This document shows, piece after piece, positions 29,783 through 38,105 of a stretch of DNA of 64,000 nucleotides (position 1 is the stretch's first letter; each line of letters begins with the position of its first letter). The translations under genes and the position numbers were made by a program. Source of the stretch: Ignavibacteriales bacterium (lineage in GTDB: Bacteria > Bacteroidota > Ignavibacteria > Ignavibacteriales > SURF-24); the NCBI GenBank assembly GCA_026390815.1, contig JAPLFH010000011.1, forward strand, positions 2,122-66,121, given 5' to 3'. Below the pieces are notes generated by a model that saw only the letters and a program-made list of their open reading frames with translations, searched no databases and had not been told where the DNA came from.

Positions 29783-30537
29783 ATTACAACTTTCCTAACA
29801 TCAAAGACGGGTCCATCTTTACAGACAAGATAATAACCTTCTTTATCTGTGGCTTCTATCGGGCAACCCTGGCATATACCAAACCCACATGCCATTGCAC
29901 ATTCTGTGGAGACTTCACATTCAAAATTGTTCTTAATACTAAAATCTTTTAGTATTCTTAACATCGCATTTGGACCACAGCCAAATATTTTAATTTTAGT
30001 TGAAGTTAAAAGATTTATATTCTCTTCAAGAAGCTGGATTACATTACCTTGGAATCCAAGAGAACCATCATCGGTAGAAATTAAAATATTTTTCATTCCG
30101 TAAGTAATAACATCTTTAGAAGAACGTCCTCCGATGAATGAAAAAATCCTTTTCTCTTCAGATAAATTTTTGGTTACAAATGGAAATGGAGCAGATCCTA
30201 AACCACCAGCAACTATAACCGCCGTTTCAAAATCACCTTTAAGATTAAATCCATTGCCAAGTGGTCCCAAAACATCAATGGTTTCACCAACTTTTTTGTG
30301 CGATAATAATTTTGTTCCTTCACCAAGGATATTAAACATAAAATAAATATGCTCCTCTTCAACTTCACATATGCTAAATGGTCTTCTTAACAGTGGGAAA
30401 GTAGAAGTTGAAACCTTGATGTTACAAAATTGTCCCGGTGAACAATTAAGAGCAATTTCTGGCGAATGAAGTTTAATAAGATAAATTGAGTTTTCAAGTT
30501 CGTAGGATTGAACAAGAACTGAGTTAGTTATTACCAA
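29779..30537 (-). CDS. pyrK: dihydroorotate dehydrogenase electron-transfer subunit (FAD / 2Fe-2S)
   Basis: 'RRPFSI', 'GPLGNGF', C-terminal cluster 'CAMACGFGICQGC'. Confidence 0.85.
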   Translation of the reverse strand: MVITNSVLVQSYELENSIYLIKLHSPEIALNCSPGQFCNIKVSTSTFPLLRRPFSICEVEEEHIYFMFNILGEGTKLLSHKKVGETIDVLGPLGNGFNLKGDFETAVIVAGGLGSAPFPFVTKNLSEEKRIFSFIGGRSSKDVITYGMKNILISTDDGSLGFQGNVIQLLEENINLLTSTKIKIFGCGPNAMLRILKDFSIKNNFECEVSTECAMACGFGICQGCPIEATDKEGYYLVCKDGPVFDVRKVVI

Positions 30538-30572
30538 ATCTTTTTCTCTTTCTTCCTTAATGAAATATTACA

Positions 30573-31640
30573 CTATAAATGTTTTGTCATTTTTTTCATT
30601 TTAAGATAATCAACCACATTCTTAACTGCTTGCGCCTGATCTCGTTTGCAAACAAGCAGCGCATCTTTAGTATCTATCACAATTAAATTTTCAACTCCGA
30701 TTAAAGCAACAAATTTCTTGGGTGAATAAACATAAGAGTCACTCGAGTTTTGTGTATAATTGCAACTTGGAATTGCGTTTCCTTCTCCATCCTTTGTGGA
30801 AAGCTGAAAAACTTCTTCCCAACTTCCAACATCGCTCCAGGAAAAACTTCCGCTTATTAAATAAACAATACTCGATTTTTCCATAATTCCATAATCCACA
30901 GAAATACTTTTTAATTGTCCATAAACTTTAGTAAGAGTTTTTTTGAATTTTAGTGTATCGATTTCTGGTTGAATTACTTTTAATCCATCCGAAAGTTCCG
31001 GCATATATTTATCAATTTCTCTTAAAATGGAATCAACACGCCAAATGAACATCCCGCTATTCCATAAAAAATCTCCACTTTCAATAAACCGAACCGCAGT
31101 AGCATAATTTGGTTTTTCTGCAAAAGTAAGTACTTTATAAATGCTGTCTTCCAAAGGAGATTCATCAACTTGAATATATCCATATCCAGTTTCTGGTCTT
31201 GTTGGATTTATTCCAATGGTTAACAATCCTTTGGATTTGTAAGCAAACTCAGCGGCATTCCGAATAGTCTTCTGGAATTCATTTTTCTCTTTGATAATAT
31301 GATCGGCTGGAAGAGTTATCATAACTGCATCTTCACATTTCTTTTCGATGATTAATGATGCGAGTCCGATTGCTGCTGCAGTATTTTTACCAAATGGTTC
31401 ATCAATAATATTTTGGGAAGGAATTTCGGGAAGATGGTTCTTGATTGCTTTCTTCTGAATTTTATTAGTGATGATAAATATATTTTCATTTTTTATTAAT
31501 CCATCCAATCTAAAAACAGTTTCCTGGATCAGTGAATTTTCCCCAAATATTTTTAATAACTGTTTTGGCGTCTTCTCTTTGCTTCTGGGCCAAAAGCGTG
31601 CACCAACACCTCCAGCCATAATAACCGCAAATAATTCCAT
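30573..31640 (-). CDS. mannose-1-phosphate guanylyltransferase
   Basis: 'AVIMAGGVGARFWPRS....PKQLL', 'GYGYI', 'EKP', 'WNSGMFIW' are typical ManC/CpsB N-terminal domain motifs. Confidence 0.85.
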   Translation of the reverse strand: MELFAVIMAGGVGARFWPRSKEKTPKQLLKIFGENSLIQETVFRLDGLIKNENIFIITNKIQKKAIKNHLPEIPSQNIIDEPFGKNTAAAIGLASLIIEKKCEDAVMITLPADHIIKEKNEFQKTIRNAAEFAYKSKGLLTIGINPTRPETGYGYIQVDESPLEDSIYKVLTFAEKPNYATAVRFIESGDFLWNSGMFIWRVDSILREIDKYMPELSDGLKVIQPEIDTLKFKKTLTKVYGQLKSISVDYGIMEKSSIVYLISGSFSWSDVGSWEEVFQLSTKDGEGNAIPSCNYTQNSSDSYVYSPKKFVALIGVENLIVIDTKDALLVCKRDQAQAVKNVVDYLKMKKMTKHL

Positions 31641-31650
31641 AAATTTTCCC

Positions 31651-32550
31651 TTAATTTATATCCTGAATTTGTTTACCAAATTTTTCTGCCCGGTTTAAAT
31701 AATTTGTAATATCTACTTCCTTACCTCTAACTACAGCCACAATTACTATAAGACAAGCGCGCATTCCTTCCAGAACTTCTTTAACTGGTTGGAGCGACTG
31801 AGATTTTATAAGCAACAAAGCTTTTGCAAAAATGGAATGCATACTCGCAATTATCTCAAATCCAATTTTAGAAGAAATTTCTGCGTTCTTTTCCATCAAC
31901 TTATAAAATTTTTCAAGTTCATCGTAGTTAATTTTTTCCGGGGATAGTTCTTTTAAGAATTGGTCTATTGCTTTAATGGGAGTTAAAATTCTTTCCTCAA
32001 ATTTCTCAAAAAGAATGTCATCACTTTTTTCTTCCAATTCTAAAATAAATTCTTCTTTCAGTTTATCACTATCTGGTTGAGCGCTTTCTTTTTCTTTTAT
32101 AAAAAGTTCTGACGATTTTATTTCATGAATTTCTTCTAAAACGATACCTTTTTTTTCTGTAACTGTTTCACTCATAGTCACAGATAATTTTGAAGTTAAC
32201 ATATGTTCTTTCATAGAAAAGCTGATCTGACGATAAATTTGTGGACTTATCTTATCAAGTAAATTGCTAAATTCTCTGGCAATGTACGAACCATGTTCTT
32301 TGAATTTATCAGAAAGTTTTAGAAAATCAATTTTCCCCATGGCAAGATAGGTAAATACTTCTCCAAGTTTAATTGCAAAAGTAGAAAGTTCGGTTACTTT
32401 CTTCATTTCCTGTATCAAGTTTTCTAAATCTTCTGCGTGTGTAATTTCCTCGCGGAGTAAAGCAACTACTTCAATTTTTTCTGTGCTTAAACGAAGATTA
32501 TTTGCGGCAGAGACAATGCATTGAACTATATATTGTTTTATTAAATCCAT
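31651..32550 (-). CDS. hypothetical acidic all-helical protein (299 aa)
   Basis: ORF packed tightly between alr and the guanylyltransferase gene. Predicted helical with a Glu/Lys-rich middle. No motif recognised. Confidence 0.5.
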   Translation of the reverse strand: MDLIKQYIVQCIVSAANNLRLSTEKIEVVALLREEITHAEDLENLIQEMKKVTELSTFAIKLGEVFTYLAMGKIDFLKLSDKFKEHGSYIAREFSNLLDKISPQIYRQISFSMKEHMLTSKLSVTMSETVTEKKGIVLEEIHEIKSSELFIKEKESAQPDSDKLKEEFILELEEKSDDILFEKFEERILTPIKAIDQFLKELSPEKINYDELEKFYKLMEKNAEISSKIGFEIIASMHSIFAKALLLIKSQSLQPVKEVLEGMRACLIVIVAVVRGKEVDITNYLNRAEKFGKQIQDIN

Positions 32551-32553
32551 ATA

Positions 32554-33675
32554 TCAGTCAATAAAAACTCTGGGAATCCGTTTACTAATGTTACAGGTTA
32601 TTTCATAAGGAATAGTACCTAAAATCTTCGACCAATCCCAAGCATTAACTTCGGCTTTTTTATCTTTGCCAAGAAGAATTATTTTGTTTCCTTCTTTAAC
32701 TTTACCATTTCCAATATTAAACATAATTCTATCCATGCAAACTTGCCCGACTTGTTTGTATTTTTCCCCTCCAATTATTCCTTCAACTTTGTTGGTAAGT
32801 GCCCGGACGTATCCATCTGCGTAACCAATTGGAATTGTAGCTACTTTAGTTTTTTGTTTAGCAATAAATTTTCTTCCATAACTAACTGATTCACCTTTAT
32901 TAATTTCTTTTATGCTGGATACAAATGAAATTAAGGACATTACCGGTTTTAATTTAATGGATTCGCTTGTTTCAAGTGAAGGGAAATACCCATATAAAGA
33001 AATTCCCGGACGAACCATGTCAAAATAGGAATCGGGTAAATCTATAATTGCACCGCTGTTTGCAGTATGTGCTAAACCATAATTTACTTTTCTATGTTTT
33101 AATTCTTTAACTATTTCAGCAAATCTTTTAAGTTGTAGCTGGGCAAATGATTTATCCCTTTCATCCGAGGTTGCAAAATGCATATAAATTCCATCAACAA
33201 TAATATCATCCTGTTTTGAAAGATTTTCAACAAAATTTACTGCTTCATTAAACCGTATGCCCAGTCTTCCCATCCCCGTATCAATTTTTACATGAACTTT
33301 TATTTTTCTTCCATTGCATGATTTCTTTAGAATCTTGATATGATTTTCATTGAAAACTGTGGGAAGAATGTTATGCTTAAAGTACTCTTCAACATTTGAT
33401 TCAAGTATAGGTGAAAATACTAAAATTGGCTGTTCGACAATTACAGTTCTTAATTCCAATGCTTCTTCAATTAAAGCTACGCTGTAATAATCCGGTTGTT
33501 TTTCTTTAAGAGAATTCATAGCATTTACACATTCAATCATTCCATGTCCATAAGCATCTGCTTTAACTACAGCCATAATTTTAGTGTTTCTAACTTTCTT
33601 TTTTATATTCAAAAAGTTGAACTTCAAATTAGAGAGGTTGATCTCAGCAAAAGTAGGGCGCATAATCCTATTCAT
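32554..33675 (-). CDS. alr: alanine racemase
   Basis: PLP-Lys motif 'AVVKADAYGHG', 'GYADGY', 'CMD' motif. Confidence 0.9.
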   Translation of the reverse strand: MNRIMRPTFAEINLSNLKFNFLNIKKKVRNTKIMAVVKADAYGHGMIECVNAMNSLKEKQPDYYSVALIEEALELRTVIVEQPILVFSPILESNVEEYFKHNILPTVFNENHIKILKKSCNGRKIKVHVKIDTGMGRLGIRFNEAVNFVENLSKQDDIIVDGIYMHFATSDERDKSFAQLQLKRFAEIVKELKHRKVNYGLAHTANSGAIIDLPDSYFDMVRPGISLYGYFPSLETSESIKLKPVMSLISFVSSIKEINKGESVSYGRKFIAKQKTKVATIPIGYADGYVRALTNKVEGIIGGEKYKQVGQVCMDRIMFNIGNGKVKEGNKIILLGKDKKAEVNAWDWSKILGTIPYEITCNISKRIPRVFID

Positions 33676-33772
33676 TTAAAATGTCTTGCAAAATATACTT
33701 CTTGTTATAGTTAGAATCAATTTAGAAAAGAAGCTTTGGATTTACCCATTTTAACAGATTGAGAACTTTAAA

Positions 33773-34924
33773 ATGACATTTTCAGTTTTCATATTAAGGA
33801 AACAATATGAAAGAAAAATTATCATGGTAGGTTTTCGATTTACAGATTTTAGACCTGATCCGAAGAATGTAAATGCATTTGAACAGCTTCTTGATCTATT
33901 CTTGCAACTGCTTACACTTACTTCTGGTGATGTTTCTGAGGCATTGCGGCTGTTGAACCAACTTGATGCTAAATATAAGTTAACATCGGATAAATATGGA
34001 GTTGGGGATTTCATACAGGAATTGAAAGACAAAAATTATCTCAAAGAAGATGAAGCAGATCCAGATACTTTAATTATGACAGCAAAATCCGAGCAATCGA
34101 TTAGAAGAAAATCCCTTGAAGAAGTATTTGGGAAATTGAAAAGAACATCCGCTGGAAATCATAGAACTCCCTTTTCTGGTATTGGAGATGAAAAAACTTC
34201 AGACAAGCGTGATTATGAATTTGGTGACTCTCTTGATCAAATTGATATGACCGACTCAATAAAAAATGCGCAAGTAAACCATGGGATAAATGAATTTTCT
34301 TTAACGGAAGATGATCTTGAAGTTGAAGAAAAGGAATTTAAAACCATAAACTCAACTGTTTTGATGATTGATATTTCACATTCTATGATTCTCTATGGTG
34401 AAGACAGAATTACTCCCGCAAAAAAAGTTGCAATGGCATTTGCAGAATTGATAACAACCAAATATCCAAAGGATACACTTGATGTTATTGTATTTGGAAA
34501 TGATGCCTGGCCAATTGAAATAAAAGACATTCCTTATCTCCAGGTTGGTCCTTATCATACAAATACTTTTGCAGGATTAGAACTTTCAATGGATATACTT
34601 AGAAGACGAAAGACAAGCAACAAACAAATATTTATGGTAACAGATGGAAAACCAACCTGCCTTAAAGAAGGAATTAAATATTACAAAAACAGTTTTGGTT
34701 TGGATAGAAAAATAGTTAATAAAACTTTAGATCAGGCAGCTAAATGCCGGAGATATGGAATTACAATAACTACTTTTATGATAGCACAGGATACTTATTT
34801 GCAAAGGTTTGTACGCGATTTTACTAAAGCAAACAATGGTAAAGCTTTCTACAGCACTCCGGATACGCTTGGTGAATATGTATTTGAGGATTACGTTAGA
34901 AACAGAAAGAAAAGAGTGAAATGA
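33773..34924 (+). CDS. VWA-domain protein (partner of the downstream AAA+ ATPase)
   Basis: MIDAS 'DISHSM', 'VIVFGNDAW', 'IFMVTDGKPT'. The start is uncertain; the in-frame ATG at 33824 (MVGFRF..) is equally plausible. Confidence 0.7.
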   Translation: MTFSVFILRKQYERKIIMVGFRFTDFRPDPKNVNAFEQLLDLFLQLLTLTSGDVSEALRLLNQLDAKYKLTSDKYGVGDFIQELKDKNYLKEDEADPDTLIMTAKSEQSIRRKSLEEVFGKLKRTSAGNHRTPFSGIGDEKTSDKRDYEFGDSLDQIDMTDSIKNAQVNHGINEFSLTEDDLEVEEKEFKTINSTVLMIDISHSMILYGEDRITPAKKVAMAFAELITTKYPKDTLDVIVFGNDAWPIEIKDIPYLQVGPYHTNTFAGLELSMDILRRRKTSNKQIFMVTDGKPTCLKEGIKYYKNSFGLDRKIVNKTLDQAAKCRRYGITITTFMIAQDTYLQRFVRDFTKANNGKAFYSTPDTLGEYVFEDYVRNRKKRVK

Positions 34925-35021
34925 TTTCCCGGTTATCAGTTTATAGATCGCTGTTGTTGTTAAATCTTATTTCAATAAATAATAGCATCTTAAAAAGAGA
35001 ATTCCTTCTAACTTTTTACAT

Positions 35022-35049
35022 CTGACGTTTGACATTTCACGTCCAACGT
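35022..35049 (+). repeat. four tandem degenerate heptamers (CTGACGT TTGACAT TTCACGT CCAACGT)
   Basis: Read directly, 47 nt upstream of the ATPase start codon. Confidence 0.6.
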
Positions 35050-35095
35050 CTTAGAATAAAATATCATTTAATACTAAAATTGAAACAGGATTTAA

Positions 35096-36610
35096 ATGCA
35101 GATTAAAAATTATTCTGAAATAAAAACACTTGGACAATTAAAATATTCCGGTTACTCTCCGAAACCTATTAAAGATGAAATGAGAGAAAACCTTGTTGTT
35201 CAACTTAAAGAAAAAGAAAACACTTTTAATGGGATTGTTGGTTACGAACAAACTGTAATTCCAGATATTCATACTGCAATTCTATCCAGACACAGTATTA
35301 TTCTGCTTGGATTGCGTGGACAAGCAAAAACCAAAATTGCAAGGTTGATGATCAATCTTCTCGATGAATATATTCCAATTGTTGCAAATTCAGAATTGAA
35401 TGATGATCCGTTCAATCCAATTTCAAGGTACTCACTTGATTTAATAGCTGAATATGGTGATGAAACTCCAATTCAGTGGGTACACAGAAGTGAACGATAT
35501 ACAGAAAAACTTGCAACACCGGATGTTTCCATTGCTGATTTGATTGGTGATGTTGATCCAATAAAAGCTGCTAACTTAAAACTTCCATACTCTGATGAAA
35601 GAGTTATTCACTTTGGATTAATTCCTCGTTCGCACAGAGGCATTTTTGTAATTAATGAATTGCCGGATTTGCAGGCAAGAATCCAGGTTGCTTTATTCAA
35701 TATTTTACAAGAAGAAGATATTCAAATCCGCGGATTCAAGATACGTTTACCACTTGATATTCAATTTGTATTTACAGCTAATCCGGAAGATTACACAAAT
35801 CGTGGTGCAATTGTTACACCGTTGAAAGATAGAATAGACAGCCAAATTTTAACGCACTATCCAAAATCGATTTATGTTTCTAAAGAAATTACACACCAGG
35901 AAGCAAGAATAACCAATGAACAACAAACTAAAATTTGCTCTTCAGATTTAGTGAAAAATTTAGTTGAACAAATTGCATTTGAAGCGCGTGAAAGCGAATA
36001 TGTTGATTCAAAGAGCGGTGTTTCTGCAAGATTAACTATCTCTGCTTATGAAAATCTTGTGAGTACTGCCGAGCGCAGAATTTTGTTGAATAATGAAAAG
36101 GAAACTTCAATCAGAATTTCTGACTTTACTGGAGTAATTCCATCCATAACCGGAAAGATAGAACTAGTTTATGAAGGTGAGCAGGAAGGACCTGGCAAGG
36201 TTGCTCAAATTTTAATTGGCAAAGCTATTCGTTCTCAGTTTGCGCTTTACTTTCCAAGTCCGGATAAACTAAAGCGAAGCCAGGAATCGAATCCATACCA
36301 GGTAATTGTTAGTTGGTTTTCCAAAGGAAATGAGGTTGACCTGCTGCATAATGTTACCAATTCAGATTATAAAAAAGTTTTGCAAAGTGTTCCTGGTTTA
36401 AAAGAATTGATAAACAAATTTCATCCAAATGAAGATGAACAATTTAAATTATTATTGATGGAGTTTGCACTGCACGGTTTAGCTGAATATTCTTTACTTA
36501 GCAAATTCAGATTGGAATCCGGAATACAATTTAAAGATATGTTAAGCAGTATGTTCTCTATGTCAAAGGAAGATGATGAAGATGAGTATGATGGAAAAGA
36601 TAATTATTGA
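35096..36610 (+). CDS. ChlI/MoxR-like AAA+ ATPase family protein with non-canonical Walker motifs
   Basis: Walker A-like 'GLRGQAKT' (35309-35332), Walker B-like 'FVINE' (Asn codon 35654-35656), sensor-1 'TANPED', 'PLKDRI'. 504 aa with a long C-terminal helical extension. Confidence 0.7.
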   Translation: MQIKNYSEIKTLGQLKYSGYSPKPIKDEMRENLVVQLKEKENTFNGIVGYEQTVIPDIHTAILSRHSIILLGLRGQAKTKIARLMINLLDEYIPIVANSELNDDPFNPISRYSLDLIAEYGDETPIQWVHRSERYTEKLATPDVSIADLIGDVDPIKAANLKLPYSDERVIHFGLIPRSHRGIFVINELPDLQARIQVALFNILQEEDIQIRGFKIRLPLDIQFVFTANPEDYTNRGAIVTPLKDRIDSQILTHYPKSIYVSKEITHQEARITNEQQTKICSSDLVKNLVEQIAFEARESEYVDSKSGVSARLTISAYENLVSTAERRILLNNEKETSIRISDFTGVIPSITGKIELVYEGEQEGPGKVAQILIGKAIRSQFALYFPSPDKLKRSQESNPYQVIVSWFSKGNEVDLLHNVTNSDYKKVLQSVPGLKELINKFHPNEDEQFKLLLMEFALHGLAEYSLLSKFRLESGIQFKDMLSSMFSMSKEDDEDEYDGKDNY

Positions 36611-36655
36611 TGAGACTTCCTAAACAAAAATACTTCTTGAACTAAATTTTATACC

Positions 36656-36693
36656 GGAGACTTTAAGAAAAATTTTTTCTTCTCAAAGTCTCC
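36656..36693. terminator. long hairpin between convergent genes (bidirectional terminator candidate)
   Basis: GGAGACTTT (36656-36664) pairs with AAAGTCTCC (36685-36693). Inner AAGAAAA/TTTTCTT pairing extends the stem. It lies between the AAA+ gene (+) and pmbA (-). Confidence 0.6.
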
Positions 36694-36728
36694 AAATTAT
36701 AATTTTATCAAATCCTAAAACATCAGAA

Positions 36729-38051
36729 TCAGATACCGCTGAAATCAACATTCTCAAACAACATGCTTGGAATTTTAACTGAAGAATACGGATAAGGATC
36801 ATTTCCCATTGCAACCAGTTGATTTAGAAATTCTTTCGCATTGCCGGAAATATTCATTTCATTTAACGGATGAACAATTTCTCCGTTTTCAATCAGAAGA
36901 CCAACGATACCAAATGAAAAATCACCTGTTGTTGAATTAGAATTTCCGCCAATGAAACCATTTACAATGATTCCTCTTTTCAATTCCTTGCGCATATCAT
37001 CGAATGATTTTGTTCCATACTCAAAGAAAAGATTTGATGGTGAACCAGAAGTTGGTTCCATATCAATCTTTTTTCCATAATAATTATCAACATAATAATG
37101 CTGGAGAACTCCTTTATCTATCATTACTCGCTTTTTAGCTGCAATTCCTTCACTATCAAAATGACGGGAACCCATTCCTTTTTCCACAAAAGGATCATCA
37201 ATAATAGTTAAAACATCGGATGCAATTTTCTTCCCAAGCATGCCATCAAGCCAGGAACTCTTTTGTTGAATTGCGCGTGCAGTCATTGCACCCTGGAATA
37301 ATGAAAGTATTCTTGAACTCGTTCTGTTTTCCACCAGCATTGTATATTTTCCGGATGCTATTTTTTTCTGCCCGATTTTTTGTAATGCACGTTGAACAGC
37401 ATATTTGCCTAATAATTCGCATGGTGGTAGTTCTTTATAAAAACGAGTAGTAGCATAGTACCAATCTTCCGGTCGTCCATCGGCATTGTCTTTAACTGTT
37501 ACTTCTGCACCAGCCGAAAAATATGTTCCACCTGATTCGCCAGAAAATCCATTGCTATGTACCTGGATACCTTCATAAATTCCATCTGAGTAACCAGCAG
37601 TTGTAGAAATAATTTTATCGCTTTGTGCCATTGCAACCTGTTCAATCTCGGCTGCCATTTTCACCCGATCCGCCGGATCAACTTTTTCGTAATTACTATC
37701 TACTAATTTAAGATCACCTTCAATTTTTGTTGGATAATATTTTGGATCAGGAAGTTTGCGGTATTCATCTTCAGTAAGATATTTTGTACTTGCAACAGCT
37801 TCTTCTATAAATTTTTCAAGTGAATCTTTTCTTAAATCGCTTGTACTATGACCAGAATAACGCTGCTTGGCATAAATCTGTAACGAAAGAGAATTTTGTG
37901 TTGATTCCTGAAGCTTATCTAATTTTTTATTTCTATGTTCAATTTCTACTGATCTATTGTTGTGTATAGATGCTGATACCTGATCTGCACCACTCTTTAT
38001 TGCGTGTTTAATAACCCATTCGGCTAATGCCAATCTTTCTTTATTGTCCAT
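36729..38051 (-). CDS. pmbA: TldD/PmbA-family metallopeptidase, PmbA-like subunit (no signal peptide)
   Basis: 440 aa. Family C-terminal pattern 'GDFSFG..G..IENGE', 'NISGN', 'PSMLFENV'. Hydrophilic N-terminus. Confidence 0.8.
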   Translation of the reverse strand: MDNKERLALAEWVIKHAIKSGADQVSASIHNNRSVEIEHRNKKLDKLQESTQNSLSLQIYAKQRYSGHSTSDLRKDSLEKFIEEAVASTKYLTEDEYRKLPDPKYYPTKIEGDLKLVDSNYEKVDPADRVKMAAEIEQVAMAQSDKIISTTAGYSDGIYEGIQVHSNGFSGESGGTYFSAGAEVTVKDNADGRPEDWYYATTRFYKELPPCELLGKYAVQRALQKIGQKKIASGKYTMLVENRTSSRILSLFQGAMTARAIQQKSSWLDGMLGKKIASDVLTIIDDPFVEKGMGSRHFDSEGIAAKKRVMIDKGVLQHYYVDNYYGKKIDMEPTSGSPSNLFFEYGTKSFDDMRKELKRGIIVNGFIGGNSNSTTGDFSFGIVGLLIENGEIVHPLNEMNISGNAKEFLNQLVAMGNDPYPYSSVKIPSMLFENVDFSGI

Positions 38052-38105
38052 ATTTATTTTCCTTCTTCAATTTTAAAATTGATTATTAATTTTGATGGAA
38101 AAGTC

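Noticed and set aside
28998-29798. 266-aa ORF on the + strand covering almost all of pyrD
   Set aside because: It is antisense to a gene with unmistakable DHODH motifs. Its translation is low-complexity (Ser/Ile/Phe/Pro-rich) with no motif or RBS. This is a typical shadow ORF in AT-rich DNA.
33773-36610. Remnant Mg-chelatase (bchD/bchI) from a phototrophic ancestor
   Set aside because: No bchH or other pigment genes are nearby. The VWA protein lacks the BchD AAA-like N-domain. The ATPase has a long extra C-terminal region and altered Walker motifs. It is better treated as a distinct VWA/AAA+ module.
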